From assembly GCA_032718475.1 (NCBI GenBank), contig JAUCBJ010008515.1, positions 1 through 64,000 of the forward strand: 64,000 bases of DNA, read 5' to 3'. The stretch comes from Nemertoderma westbladi (lineage: Eukaryota > Animalia > Xenacoelomorpha). This document shows positions 1-11,484 of the stretch, piece after piece. The stretch's first letter is position 1. Each line of letters opens with the position of its first letter. The notes below the pieces were generated by a model that did not search any database, was not told the origin of the DNA, and worked only from the letters and a program-made list of their open reading frames with translations. The translations under genes were made by a program, and so were the position numbers.

Positions 1-75
1 ATCAGTCCTTAGAGGGGCCGTTGGAACAAATAATAATGATAATATCTTATTTTATTCTCTAAAACTCCGTTTATA

Positions 76-2665
76 CTAGAAATGCATTTCCTAAAGGAAA
101 TGCAAGCACAATGCTAATGCAACAGTTTAACACTGTGGGGCGAGCCACGAAGTGAGAGAGCCTTAGCGTAGTGGTACCATTAATCAACCCTGTCGTTCTG
201 TCGCGTTTTTTTTCAGTATTTTATTTTAAACGTTAATAACTCGGCCAATCCTTGATGAAATCTATCCAAACTTGGTACACATGTTGTTTGGCAAAAGTTT
301 GAAAATTTTCCAAGTAGAATTTGCGTGGGGCCTTCGTGCAGCATCAGTGTAACTGTTATTGTAGTTATAATATATTTATTTATCCAAAATTAACATGCGT
401 TAAATTATTATTACTGTAGGATAAATCAGCTGGTTTTCTGACAAATTTTGCAAAACATAGGGGCTGTCTGCCAATCTGCATGTACCATTTGTACCGGTAC
501 TGTCAGGCTGTACTCAATTCCTGAATCGAGAATTCTGCAATCAGTCAATACTGCAATACAGGTCAGCCGGTACCATACACTGCAGACATGCCATATCATG
601 TAATCTAAACATGGCCCCGGAAACCCTTGCGGTGATTATAGTTTAGGCCTAATTAGCCTAGTACCGGTAATAATAATATAATAGTTTAGATAGTTCAGTA
701 GTTACCGCTAATCATTCAGTCATTGGCACGGTACACCGTATTGCTGTACTGCCGTTGTAGTGCGCACCGTAGGTACCACCCATGCGTAGGCTGACTGTGC
801 TGATTATGGTTTGATTGATTGATTGTTTTTTACACATAATTAAACCTTTTAAAATTCACAATAATACATTTATAAAGATTACGTTACGATATTAGGCCTA
901 CAGTACAAGTAATAACACTAGATATTTAGGAGCACCAATACTGATTTATGTAGATAGTCAACTTATAAAATGTTTATTTACTTAAATAAAAGGTTCTGGT
1001 GTAAGGATAGCCTCATGAGGTATATACCTCGTTTCCATGAGGGTCCTATAATAATTTTCATACTCTAATATTTAAAGCTAGTCAGACTGTGGTACCTAAG
1101 CTATATACTGTTAGGTATATTGCTGTATTGGGGTGGGGTTAGGAATAATCCATTTGTTTTAGCATTGAACTGTTGAATCCCCTTATTTATTATAAAACCA
1201 TTGGAAATATTCGCAAATGCCGCTCCATTACTGTCTGATGTCTGAACGCTCCCGACAGTCCGATGTATCTGGACCCGAGCAGCCGAGTTGCTTCAAGAGG
1301 TGATTAACGGGGGAATACTACGGAATTGCTTGTTTGTCAGTACGATTCTATTTGGGTATTTACTACACTCAGACACTGGGAATACGGCGGTCGGTCAGAT
1401 CGTAATGCGGGCCACTGCCAAGTTCATCATGCCTCACTCCGGTCACCCACCTTGGAGTGCGGTGGGAAGAGTCCCACTTACTGACTTACGTCGACGACTG
1501 GACGAATCGACGAGGATTGCGATCTGGGTTTAGCGGCGGCCCGGATCCTGGGATCGCCTGGGGGAAATGGTTGAACGTTGGGCAGACGTTATCGCACTGG
1601 ATTACGTTCTCTGTGACGCGAAAGTGTGAAGCGAATTCGTTGTCGAATTGGGTCGGAAGCTGCGGGAATTCTACTGTTCTACGGGAGTAAACCGCAGCGG
1701 TCCGGTGACTTGACTACGGACGGATACTACTGGGATAAGCAGGTATTTCGATCGAGTTTCTCGTATTCTCGATGCTCGAGGCGGATAGAGAGTTGGTTGT
1801 GTTGGGCGGTGTTGTTCAATTCTATCAAACATATTAAATAATTGGTAAAATAATAAAAACACACCAGATAAAGATACTGAGCTTATGGTAAAGAGATAGG
1901 CCGAACTTACAATTTCCAAATAGATTGTTCATATAATAAATATATTTTTGGTATTTGATTTCAAGATAGGGGGGGGGGGGGGGGGGGGGGGACTGGACGC
2001 AATAAAAATTCATCCCTCTCCAGGGGAAATTGGACGCAAATAACAACAGCTGATTACTCTCAAAAATAAAACTGTAACCTGTTCTATTGTGTTTACTTTA
2101 TTGTTTTGGTTAAAATAACGTGCCACTGTAACCTGCTCCTTTCCCAAAATTTAGAAATTAATATTGAGGCGGGATATTAATTCGCCAAGATGGGATTTGC
2201 GTCCAGTCCCACCCCCCTCCTATCTCTTGATTTCACTAAAAAATAGAATACATTGCATTTTACTGTTATAATTACTGTATTGAATAAAATAATTAATTGA
2301 TTGTTTATTAAACCGTGCTAAGCACGTTGAACTGGAGCTCTAACAATTCCCCACTAGCGGCAGACAGGAACTGTAAAAGTCTCTGTAGAATTTCTAATTA
2401 AGCAATGCTCTTAGGTAACTACTACTAAATTTCAGATGAATCTGATCGTTGGTTCTATAATTACAGCTATTTTTACGTTTCTGTTAATTCGCCCCCTAGC
2501 GGCAGACCGGGGAACTGTAGAAGTCTGTCTGTGTGTAGAATTTCTAAACTTTTTTAAGACTACAAGTGTACCAAGTTTGGTTCCATTTCATCCTTGATTG
2601 ACCGACTTATTAGCGTTCAAACATTCCTGCCATGAATAAAAGCTGCAGGAACTCGAGCGATAATT
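76..2665. mobile_element. Possible non-autonomous DNA or Helentron-like element with a terminal hairpin and subterminal inverted repeats; boundaries uncertain
   Basis: Perfect 10-bp hairpin TGCATTTCCT-aa-AGGAAATGCA at 83-104. Imperfect ~55-bp inverted repeat at ~228-283 versus ~2562-2619 (ccaaacttggtacac / gtgtaccaagtttgg). Short stem ttcctgc...gcaggaa near 2624-2651. Confidence 0.35.
1963..2226. mobile_element. Small MITE (~265 bp), MULE-like
   Basis: Terminal inverted repeats agatagg(G-run)gactggacgcaa ... ttgcgtccagtc(C-run)cctatctc, flanked by the direct repeat ttgatttc(a) at 1955-1963 and 2227-2235 (8-9 bp TSD). Confidence 0.7.
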
Positions 2666-2803
2666 AATTTATTTATTATTAAATACTGTTTCAATTAAAT
2701 TCTTTACGAAAATCTAGTCATCTTCTTTTAAATATGGACCCTGCATTCATGGAAAATATAATATTTGATAATTCATCAGTCAGCCTACGCTAATTTCACA
2801 GCC

Positions 2804-3408
2804 GGATCATGGATCCGGAAGTCAGGTGAGGACCTTCGAATACGTAAGGGAAAGGCATGGGCAGCCTTGAATAGGCTTTCCAGGATTTGGAAGTCACCGA
2901 GAATTAATCGGAAACTTAAGGTCCGATTATTTAGAGCAGCAGTAGTTCCAGTACTCCTCTACGGGAGTCCATGCTGGGCTCTAACTGCTGAGGACACCAA
3001 ATCTCTGGATGGCACATTCACAAGAATGCTACGCCGGGTTCATTGTGTCAAGTACAATGCACACATCTCCAACCAGACACTATATAACATTGGAGGTGTC
3101 TCATTGGTTCCCCCAAGCTTGACACTAGAACAAAATCGCCTCCGCTTTGCAGGACATTGCTTTCGCCGTGAGGACCAGCCAGTGCATAATCTTGTACTTT
3201 GGCAGCCTCATGGAGTGAATAAGCATGGTGGACAGCCCATGACTTTCTTGAGACGCATCTTAAAGGACACTGGCCTTAAAGATGCGGATGATCTAGCAAA
3301 TGTCATGGGTGATAGGGAGTTGTGGCGGTGCAATTTTGTTGACAAGCCGGCACAGCATTCTTAAAAATGCAGCTGCAATGCAGCATGCCGATCCTAGTAG
3401 TAGTAGTA
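2804..3408 (+). mobile_element. RTE-clade non-LTR retrotransposon, 5'-truncated (RT C-terminal region, 3' UTR and (TAG)n tail)
   Basis: ORF 2765-3364 has RTE motifs: GSWI, RKGKAWAALNRL..IWKS, KVRLFRAAV.PVLLYG, RLRFAGHC.R, LVLWQP. It ends in gatcctagtagtagtagta. Confidence 0.9.
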
Positions 3409-3679
3409 ATTTCACAGCAAAATCCTTGTCATGGCCTGTGTGTAGTAGGCCATGGTACCACCCTACTACCGGTACCGGCTGACCGGTGGCAACTAGCACT
3501 TGCACAGCAACAGCCCTACCGGCGATACACAGGTTGAAATTTATGTAGAGTTTGCTCAACAGTACATATATAAAATAGTTATCTAAATTATATATATTAC
3601 TATTGACAAGTATTGAAATATATACCGTTATTCGTGTTATCAGTATTTGCAACATCTGACATTGAAGAGGTGAGAGAAG

Positions 3680-4015
3680 ATGAATACCGACACTCAACAA
3701 AACCAACGCTTATCACAGGTCGGTATGGTTACCTCGAAACCGGCGCGACTGTCCACTCGAATACAACTTCAAAACACAAACGCCAACAATAAACTGAAAG
3801 CGAATCGAACGTCTTCAGAAGAATCTGTCATTGGGACGAAGAAAAGGAAGCCGAAACCACGGGAATGGACCACAGCTAAGATTGAATGCTCCCATTGTCA
3901 GAGTTCCTGGACCGAAATTGAAACACCAATTGCCGATGGGCTTGATCTCTCAAACCAAAACTTCCTCTGCGGGGTTTGCGCGGCAGTAAAGATTGAAAGT
4001 CTGGAAGCTGGCATC
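3680..4015 (+). pseudogene. Truncated ORF1-like fragment with a PHD-type Cys motif, probably a LINE 5' end
   Basis: A basic, low-complexity N-terminus is followed by IECSHC...FLCGVC and the start of a coiled coil. Coding character stops abruptly near 4015. Confidence 0.45.
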
Positions 4016-4774
4016 CCTAGGTATTATTATTATAAAGAGCGTCAGCCTGCGTTTAATACATATATTTTAATACAAAACAGGTCGAACGCAAAGAGGCTTA
4101 TAATGAAGACGAGTACTGCATTGATTATATTCCTATAAACCACCTGGCTTTGCATATTGAACGTGCGTTTGGAAATAAGTTCGTGCTACCCTTCCGTGGG
4201 TGGTAGATGTCGCGGTTATGTAATGGTGGGTGGGAAGGGGGGGGGGGGGGGGGGGTGCAGATTAAAAGGGGTGAACACGTACTGTCCCCCTTTCTTTGAT
4301 TAATTGGTGGTGTTGGTTAATCTTTCATAACCTGATTTTGTGATACAGTCGCACAATTTTAATTTGTATCTCATAACTGGGCCTCGTGCTGCGCGAAGGC
4401 CCCACGAACGTGTTAATTTACGTGTCTTATAATGTCTGACAGCCCGGACAAAATATGAACACAGCAGAAGCCAGTCTAGCGCGGCGTATAACCCAATGTG
4501 TTTGGGAGACTGAAGTCTATGGCCAGAGTGAGGGGTAGGCTACTTTGTATTATTCGATTGATCTCTACTATATAATCTACAAAAACTATGTTTATTTTCA
4601 GGGAAATACCAACAGCTCCTTTAGATGGTGCGCTTTAAATATCAGACAGAATTATACTAATTACAACGGAGGGTTATGGAACATCACAATCTTTATATTC
4701 TTTAGGAATGTATAATTAATCTCTCACACTCACTTCACTGACTATAGTACTGAAACACGCTAATTCGCCAACTG

Positions 4775-5000
4775 TTACCAATTTTGCTTTTTTTGTTGCA
4801 ATTTTGTTTTTACGCAATAGGGTTTTTTTGGGTTTCTGGTTTCGATAGAATATACAGTATACGAGTTGCACCAGGCGTATCTAAATGGTATTGTTCGGTG
4901 CTGTCTGCAAAATTTGGTGCCAGCACGAAATTTTGAAAATCCTTTCAATAGTTCAATTACTTGTGACAACTTATTTCTCGCATTTTGGAGGTTTATGGTT
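4775..5000 (+). repeat. Diverged fragment of the piggyBac-like repeat at 23474-25037
   Basis: tacgagttgcacca.gcgtatc...cagcacgaaattttgaaaatcc.ttcaatag...ttgtgacaa aligns by eye with ~23890-24080. Confidence 0.75.
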
Positions 5001-5759
5001 TATTTTAATACAAAACTGAATTGGCAATAAATAATAAACTCAGTATTAAGGGGCGTTTCACTCTATATTATATTCAATAAGGTAGCAGCAGTAATAATTG
5101 TCGGCTATATTTGAATGTTTACTTTGCCTACCTAGCTACAGTATACACAATGTTTTCAAATCACGTTTGGTATCTGTGAAATGAGGGGAGGTGCCAAAAT
5201 TATATCCCAAGGTGAGTGGCTATTGTGGTTATAGTGTTTAAGTAGTTATAATGGTTATAGGCTAAGGTTATAGAATATATGTCAAGTAAGATACATCATA
5301 AACACAAAGGAGAATTACAAGAGATGAAATAAAGATAAGAGACAAGAGACATATTCCTTCACACAAGGAATTAATCTAAATCATTATGCACGAAAGATGT
5401 TGTGGTGCCATAATTAATTAAATATACATTAATTGGTATAAGGATCAAGCGGTAATGGTATTTGAATAATTGAATAATTGTATCGTGTTTTATTATGAAG
5501 TTAATTGTTTACAAAGTCATATATTCCCTGTATGTACTTCTCGCTTGCCACTTTAGCCGATAGTGGAATTGGAATTGTTTAATTGACATTAAATATACAA
5601 AATAGAATATAGAGCTAACAATAAGAACATATACAAGAGACACGTATAACCATTATAAACAATGAACATGTGAAAATAGTATGGCTGTATGACGTAAATA
5701 ACGTGATCCATTACAAATGTTTTCTAATATTGATTTCTTGCTGTAGCTGTTAACTTTGA

Positions 5760-6438
5760 AAGTCCTCAGCAAGTCTCTGATCGGATGAGCATAACATCAA
5801 AGGATGGTATGCCGATCCTAGTAGTATGCTTGAGCATGTGGACGACTTCTGTTACCTGGGATCATGGATCCGGAAGTCAGAATACGCAAGGGAAAGGCAT
5901 GGACAGCCTTGAATAGGCTTTCCAGGATTTGGAAGTCACCGAGAATCAATCGGAAACTTAAGGTCCGATTATTTAGAGCAGCAGTAGTTCCAGTACTCCT
6001 CTATGGGAGCCCATGCTGGGCTCTAACTGCTGAGGACACCAAATCTCTGGATGGCACATTCACAAGAATTCTACGCCGGGTTCATTGTGTCAAGTACAAT
6101 GCACACATGTCCAACCAGACACTATATAACATTGGAGGTGTCTCATTAGAACTGACACTAGAACAAAATCGCCTCCGCTTTGCAGGACATTGCTTTCGCC
6201 GTGAGGACCAGCCAGTGCATGATCTTGTACTTTGGCAGCCTCATGGAGTGAATAAGCATGGTGGACAGCCCATGACTTTCTTGAGACGCATCTTAAAGGA
6301 CACTGGCCTTGAAGATGCGGATGATCTAGCAAATTCCATTGGTGATAGGGAGTTGTGGCGGCGTAATTTTGTCGACAAGCCGACACAGCATTCTTAAAAA
6401 TGCAGCTCCAATGCAGCATGCCGATCCTAGTAGTAGTA
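5760..6438 (+). mobile_element. RTE-clade 3' fragment, second copy of the 2804-3408 family
   Basis: Near-identical to 2804-3408 and extends further 5' (ITSKDG..MLEHVDDFCYLGSW). Same 3' tail gatcctagtagtagta. Confidence 0.9.
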
Positions 6439-7290
6439 TCATTATGATAATCTAAGGACATGCGTAAAACATAGTCAACCACAATTATGAACAAAAATGA
6501 TGCAAGTGTGTCTTCCTGGAGGACGCCCCATAACACTTCAAATGGTACTGTGTCACCATCAACAGTAGACACAAATGTTGTCGAACCATCGTATACTGAT
6601 CTAATTTCTGCAATAATTTCATCAGGAATCCCATATAATGAAAGTATGCTGAACGTACGTGAGCGAGAGACTGAATCAAAGGCCTTGAAAAAGTCAACAA
6701 AGATAACAGTTAGATGCCTGTCTTTCTTTTTTGATAACTCTTCAATTATCCTTCTAAGTGCCAAAATGGGCTCCATGGTCCCACGACCTTTACAGAACCC
6801 ATTATGATTTCCACGGAGCAGTCTCTCAATGGGATCCCTGATGCGATTTAATAGAATTCTATTGTATAGCTTTGCAGCAATCGAGATCAATGAGATTCCC
6901 CGAAAAGAACCATAGAGTGTTAGGTTGCCCTTCTTGGGAACTGGCACCAACTTATTTGTTTTCATTTCTTGTGGGACTCTTGTTGTACGGTACATGTATA
7001 CTATGATGGGATAGATGAGCTTTAAACACTCAGGTATTTTAAGAACCTCAGGGGGAACACCATCTACTCCACTGGTACGATTGGTCTTAAAGCTCTTTGC
7101 AGCAGCCTTCACTTCTGCAAAGTAGATATCGCCAATGGGAATATCTGGGAGTACAAACTCAGACACTTTTACTTCTATAAAGTTATCAGGCAATATCCTG
7201 TCATTAATGAGGAGATTTTCAAAGTGGGCCTTCCAACCATTGCATTGAGGCGATCAGCTGGTGATTGAGCCTTATCCTTGGTGGTTGGTT
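6439..7290 (-). mobile_element. RTE-clade RT N-terminal fragment, inverted relative to the adjacent 3' fragment
   Basis: ORF 6090-7193(-) has SGVDGVPPEVLK, VPVPKKGNL...FRGISLISIAAKLYN, GF..GRGT, FVDF.KAFDSV, GVLQEDTLASFLF. It breaks before the FADD motif at about 6439. Confidence 0.88.
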
Positions 7291-9797
7291 GGCCTTTCAG
7301 TGGAGCTAGCTTAAAAAGTTGGTGCTTTCTGTTTACTTAAATTTAACCAGTATTTATTTTTTATGCCAGAATCCCATTTCTCTTGTGCGTTTTGTTTCTC
7401 CCCTTTTGTTTATTCAAACCAATCTGTCCGGTGTGCAATATGCTGCAACTACTATCACTACCAATGTGGAACGTATCTCACCCTGCAGGAAGTTGTGTCC
7501 AGACCCACTAATTTATTTTGTAATTTTTGTTCTCTTGAAATATTTCCATTTTTTTCAGTTCCGTCATCCGATTTTGATATTTTTTGTTCAGCCAGTTCTA
7601 CCTACCTGGAGTCTGACATTCTCAACCAAACTTTTTGTCCCCTCGATCCTCATTCAATTTAAATAATATAAACCATGACAAAGGAAATTGCACTGAGCAG
7701 CAGATTAATAAAGAATTTTCGTCATTAAAAAAGGGCTCGTCTATAAAAATTCTTCACCTAAACTGCCGCTCTTTTCCTAAAAATCATTCTGCATTATTAG
7801 ATTTTCTTTTATCTCTGAAATTAAAATTTGATGTACTAACTTTTTCTGAAACTTTCCTTACCGCCGACCACTCTCTGCTTGAACTCATCAAAATTGCTGG
7901 ATACCAAGACCCAATTTTAACCAATCGTTCGTATGGAAAAAAATTAAACCGAGGTGGTACTGCTATTTTTGTATCAAATGATCTTGAAATCAGCGATTAT
8001 CCAGATATTCAGATGGCTGGGCTCGAGAGCACTTGGGTTAAAATTAAACGTCCCCGTAATTCCAAACCTCTTATAATTGGTACAATATATCGCCCTGACA
8101 CCATTATTCACGCTGACTTTCTATCCTTACTTGACTCTACACTTTCTAAATTTACAAAAAATAACCTTGACATTATTTATAACCGGCGACATGAATATTA
8201 ACTTACTTAAACCGAACACTGATTCCTCTTCCTATGTCGACCTAATGTCTTCCTACGGATTCGTACAACTGATGAACAAACCCACTCGAATTTTTCATTC
8301 TGAATTATCCAACCGCACCATTCACTCTGAGACACTGATCGACCATATATTCACTAACATTACATCCCACTCCACTACTTCTGGAACAATCTCATGTGAA
8401 ATTGGAACCACCGACCACCAACCTACTTTTGTTATTCTTGAAAAATACCCGTCTATATTCGTTGCCCCTAAACAAAAATTTAAATTTGACTACTCCAACT
8501 TCAATCAAACTGCATTTACTTCCGACATCGAGTCTCTGAGCAACAATACATTTACTAACAATTTAAACGCTTCTGATAAATTCGACAACTTTTACAATGA
8601 CCTTAATAATGTTCTTCTCACGTTCCCCGCAATGTAGTCCCTCTTCGCTCCATCCCACTTAAGCCATGGATGACAGAAAACCTAAATAAATTGTACTCTC
8701 ACAAAAAATAAACTTTATCGTACCTATATTAAAAATCCCACTTCCAGCAACCACAAGACTTTTACAGTTTACAGAAATAAATTAACCTCTATTCTCCGCA
8801 CAGCTGAGAAAAAATTCCAGACAGTTCTAAGAAAATGGCGGTAACATTAAAAAACGTGGATTATAATAAATTCGGCGCTAAATAGAAACAACTCCTCCAA
8901 ACTCCCAACTAAACTCACTGTTAAAACTGATCTTTCTACTGAAACAATTACTGACCCAACTTCTATAGCAGATCTATTCAATCAACACTATTCCACTATT
9001 GGCCAATCACTAGCTAGTACAATTCCCTCTTCACCACGCAGACCAACTCGCCACATAAATCCACCTCGCAATTCTTTCTCGTTAATCGAAACCTGTCCTA
9101 TTGAAGTTGAATATAAAATACTACAACTAGACCCACACACTGCCACCAATGACCCTTTTCCAACTCGCTTACTTATTCTAGCTGCTAAGCAATTATCTGA
9201 TATCCTAAGTTATCTCTTTAATATATCTATTTCCCACGGTTTTTTCCCGGACACTTTAAATTTTCCCGGACACTTTAAAAAAAGCCAAAGTTATCCCAGT
9301 TTTTAAATCAGGTGAACACTGCGATCGAAATAATTACCGTCCCATCTCTCTCTTGTCAATTCTTAGTAAAATTTTGAACAATTAATTAACTCGCAGCTTC
9401 TCTCCTACATACATAAATTCTCGATCCTTTCATCCTGCCAATATGGTTTCCGCCCCAAGACTACCACCTCTCATGCCCTGCTATCCGTCATTGAAAATTT
9501 ACACCAGTACCTCGACAATAAAAATTATTAAAAATTATTATGTAATATATATTGATCTAAAAAAAGCGTTCGACACAATTAACCACGATATACTTCTCCA
9601 AAAACTCTCCTGCTATGGTATCAGCGGCCTACCTCTTCAATTATTTTCCAGCTAGCTTTCTGTTCGCTCCCAATGCGTTTCTATTGGAAATAATACATCC
9701 TCCTACCTTCCTCTAAACACCGGCGTCCCTCAAGGCGCCACCTTGTCCCCCTCCTATTCCTCCTTTACATTAACGACCTCCCAAACGCTACCCGACT

Positions 9798-10405
9798 TGT
9801 GACGGGATCAGTGGATCCCGACCGGTTTTATTTCGTTACGCGTCACCGCGTTGTTATGAAATAGATAATAGTTAGTTGTTGTTGTTCTGATATTGTTAAC
9901 TGACGCAAATATAATATAGTAGCAAGACAGAGAAGGTAAGTATGATATAAGTAATGTTGTACCGGTAGTGGCGGTGACGGTACGAAATGTCACCGTACTG
10001 CACCTGATGACTGAGTAAACTGAATAACTTTACTGCATGCAATATAATATATACATTGGTTATTTCTACACTACCTTGGCCTCTGTACCTAGCGGATGCT
10101 CTCCTCTCCCATTGGTTGATATACTAATTCTCGGCTCCCACCTCTGTGGGAGTGCTCCCCCCCCCCCCCCCCCCCCCCCCCCGCTGCTGTTACTTTCCCT
10201 CTCCAAGGCCTTTAACTTTAGGACTTTAACTTTTTTTTACTTTGACCTCTAACCTCCTTTGTGTGGCTCTTTGGGGCTATATGTTGTCCCCGTTATTGGG
10301 GGTGATACGAGGTTAATTGTGATTAACCTCGTATTCCCCAATATTGCTTAAAACGCCACCTCCCAACTTTATGGGGTTGGTGAGGCGGAATTGAATCCGC
10401 TCACA
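9798..10405. mobile_element. Solo LTR (608 bp)
   Basis: Termini TGTGA...TCACA and a 5-bp TSD CGACT (9793-9797 and 10406-10410). Removing it restores the LINE RT frame. Confidence 0.88.
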
Positions 10406-11484
10406 CGACTTTTCACTACGCTCTTTGCCGATGACACTACTATATACGCCATTGGTTCGAACTTACCTCTACTAAGCGACTTAGTTAACTCTGAATTCAA
10501 CACCCTCTCTGATTGCCTGTCTGATAACAAACTCTCCTTAAATCTAACCAAAACACTATCCTTTCTAACAAACGTTTTAACCCCACAGATCTTAAAATTC
10601 AAATAAATAATACTCTTATCGATTTTAAAATCTCAACAAAATTTTTAGGTATTTCGGTTGATAATAAACTTTGCTGGAAGTCACATATTAATTCAATAAT
10701 TAAAAAAATCTCCAAAACCGGTGGTTTATTCTATAAACTCAGATACATTTTTCCATTAAATATCTTACGCCAACTATATTTTTCCCTTATCCACCCCTAT
10801 CTATTATATCGTGGGGCGGGTGGTAAAACGTCCTAAGTCAAATTTTCTCAAAATTCATGTTTTGAGTGAATCGGGTATAAAATTGAATTTCCCTCCTTTC
10901 TACCAAAGGATTAGTGATAAAATAACAGTTTAACGGAGTTATTTGCAAATTTTCAGTTGTCCTAAGTTAAGGCTACGGATGGTAAAACGTCCTAACTTTA
11001 TACTTAAGGTGGTAAGTTGTCCTAAGTCGAAAAAACGATTACAAATAACGAATTACAAGTGAAACATAGGACGTTTTGTCACGTTAAAGGTCAGTCCAGA
11101 CAGGAGTTCCATTACTATTAATAGTAAGTATTTGTTGCTGAATAGCATTTAGTGATTCCAGAAAGACCAAAAAGTCGCAATGTTTAGTATTCTAGACAGA
11201 ACTAATTCAAGATTAATACCTATCAATTCTTTATATAACTTTTATGAAAGCCTGGAAGAACTACTGAGCTCATTTGACCTAGTACAGTAATACAGTAGTA
11301 GTAAGTAGTACATAGTGTGAGGGCAAACAATACTGTTATAAATGTATTGGTATAGTAATAGTGGTTTTCTCTTTATTGGTTAAATTATCCTTATACATTT
11401 AATATGTTAGGTGTTAGCTCTATAATAGAGTTTTATTAGAACCTCGAGTTAGTCAGATACTACTACAGCACACAATATTAGACT

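Noticed and set aside
1200-1920. CpG-rich stretch with several short ORFs
   Set aside because: No recognisable domain, and stops occur in all frames. It may be TE-internal sequence but I cannot assign it.
1967-1991. Long G/C homopolymers (also ~4238, 10157, 14328, 24976, 37952, 39725) as G-quadruplex regulators
   Set aside because: Most sit in TE termini or subtermini, their lengths are unreliable in assemblies, and there is no independent support.
4015-4480. Helitron 3' end (GC hairpin at ~4378-4403, CTAG at ~4476)
   Set aside because: The hairpin-to-CTAG spacing is too long and no matching 5' TC end or A|T target could be identified.
6090-6438. C-terminal ~115 aa of the 367-aa minus-strand ORF
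   Set aside because: Read-through into the antisense strand of the neighbouring RTE copy.
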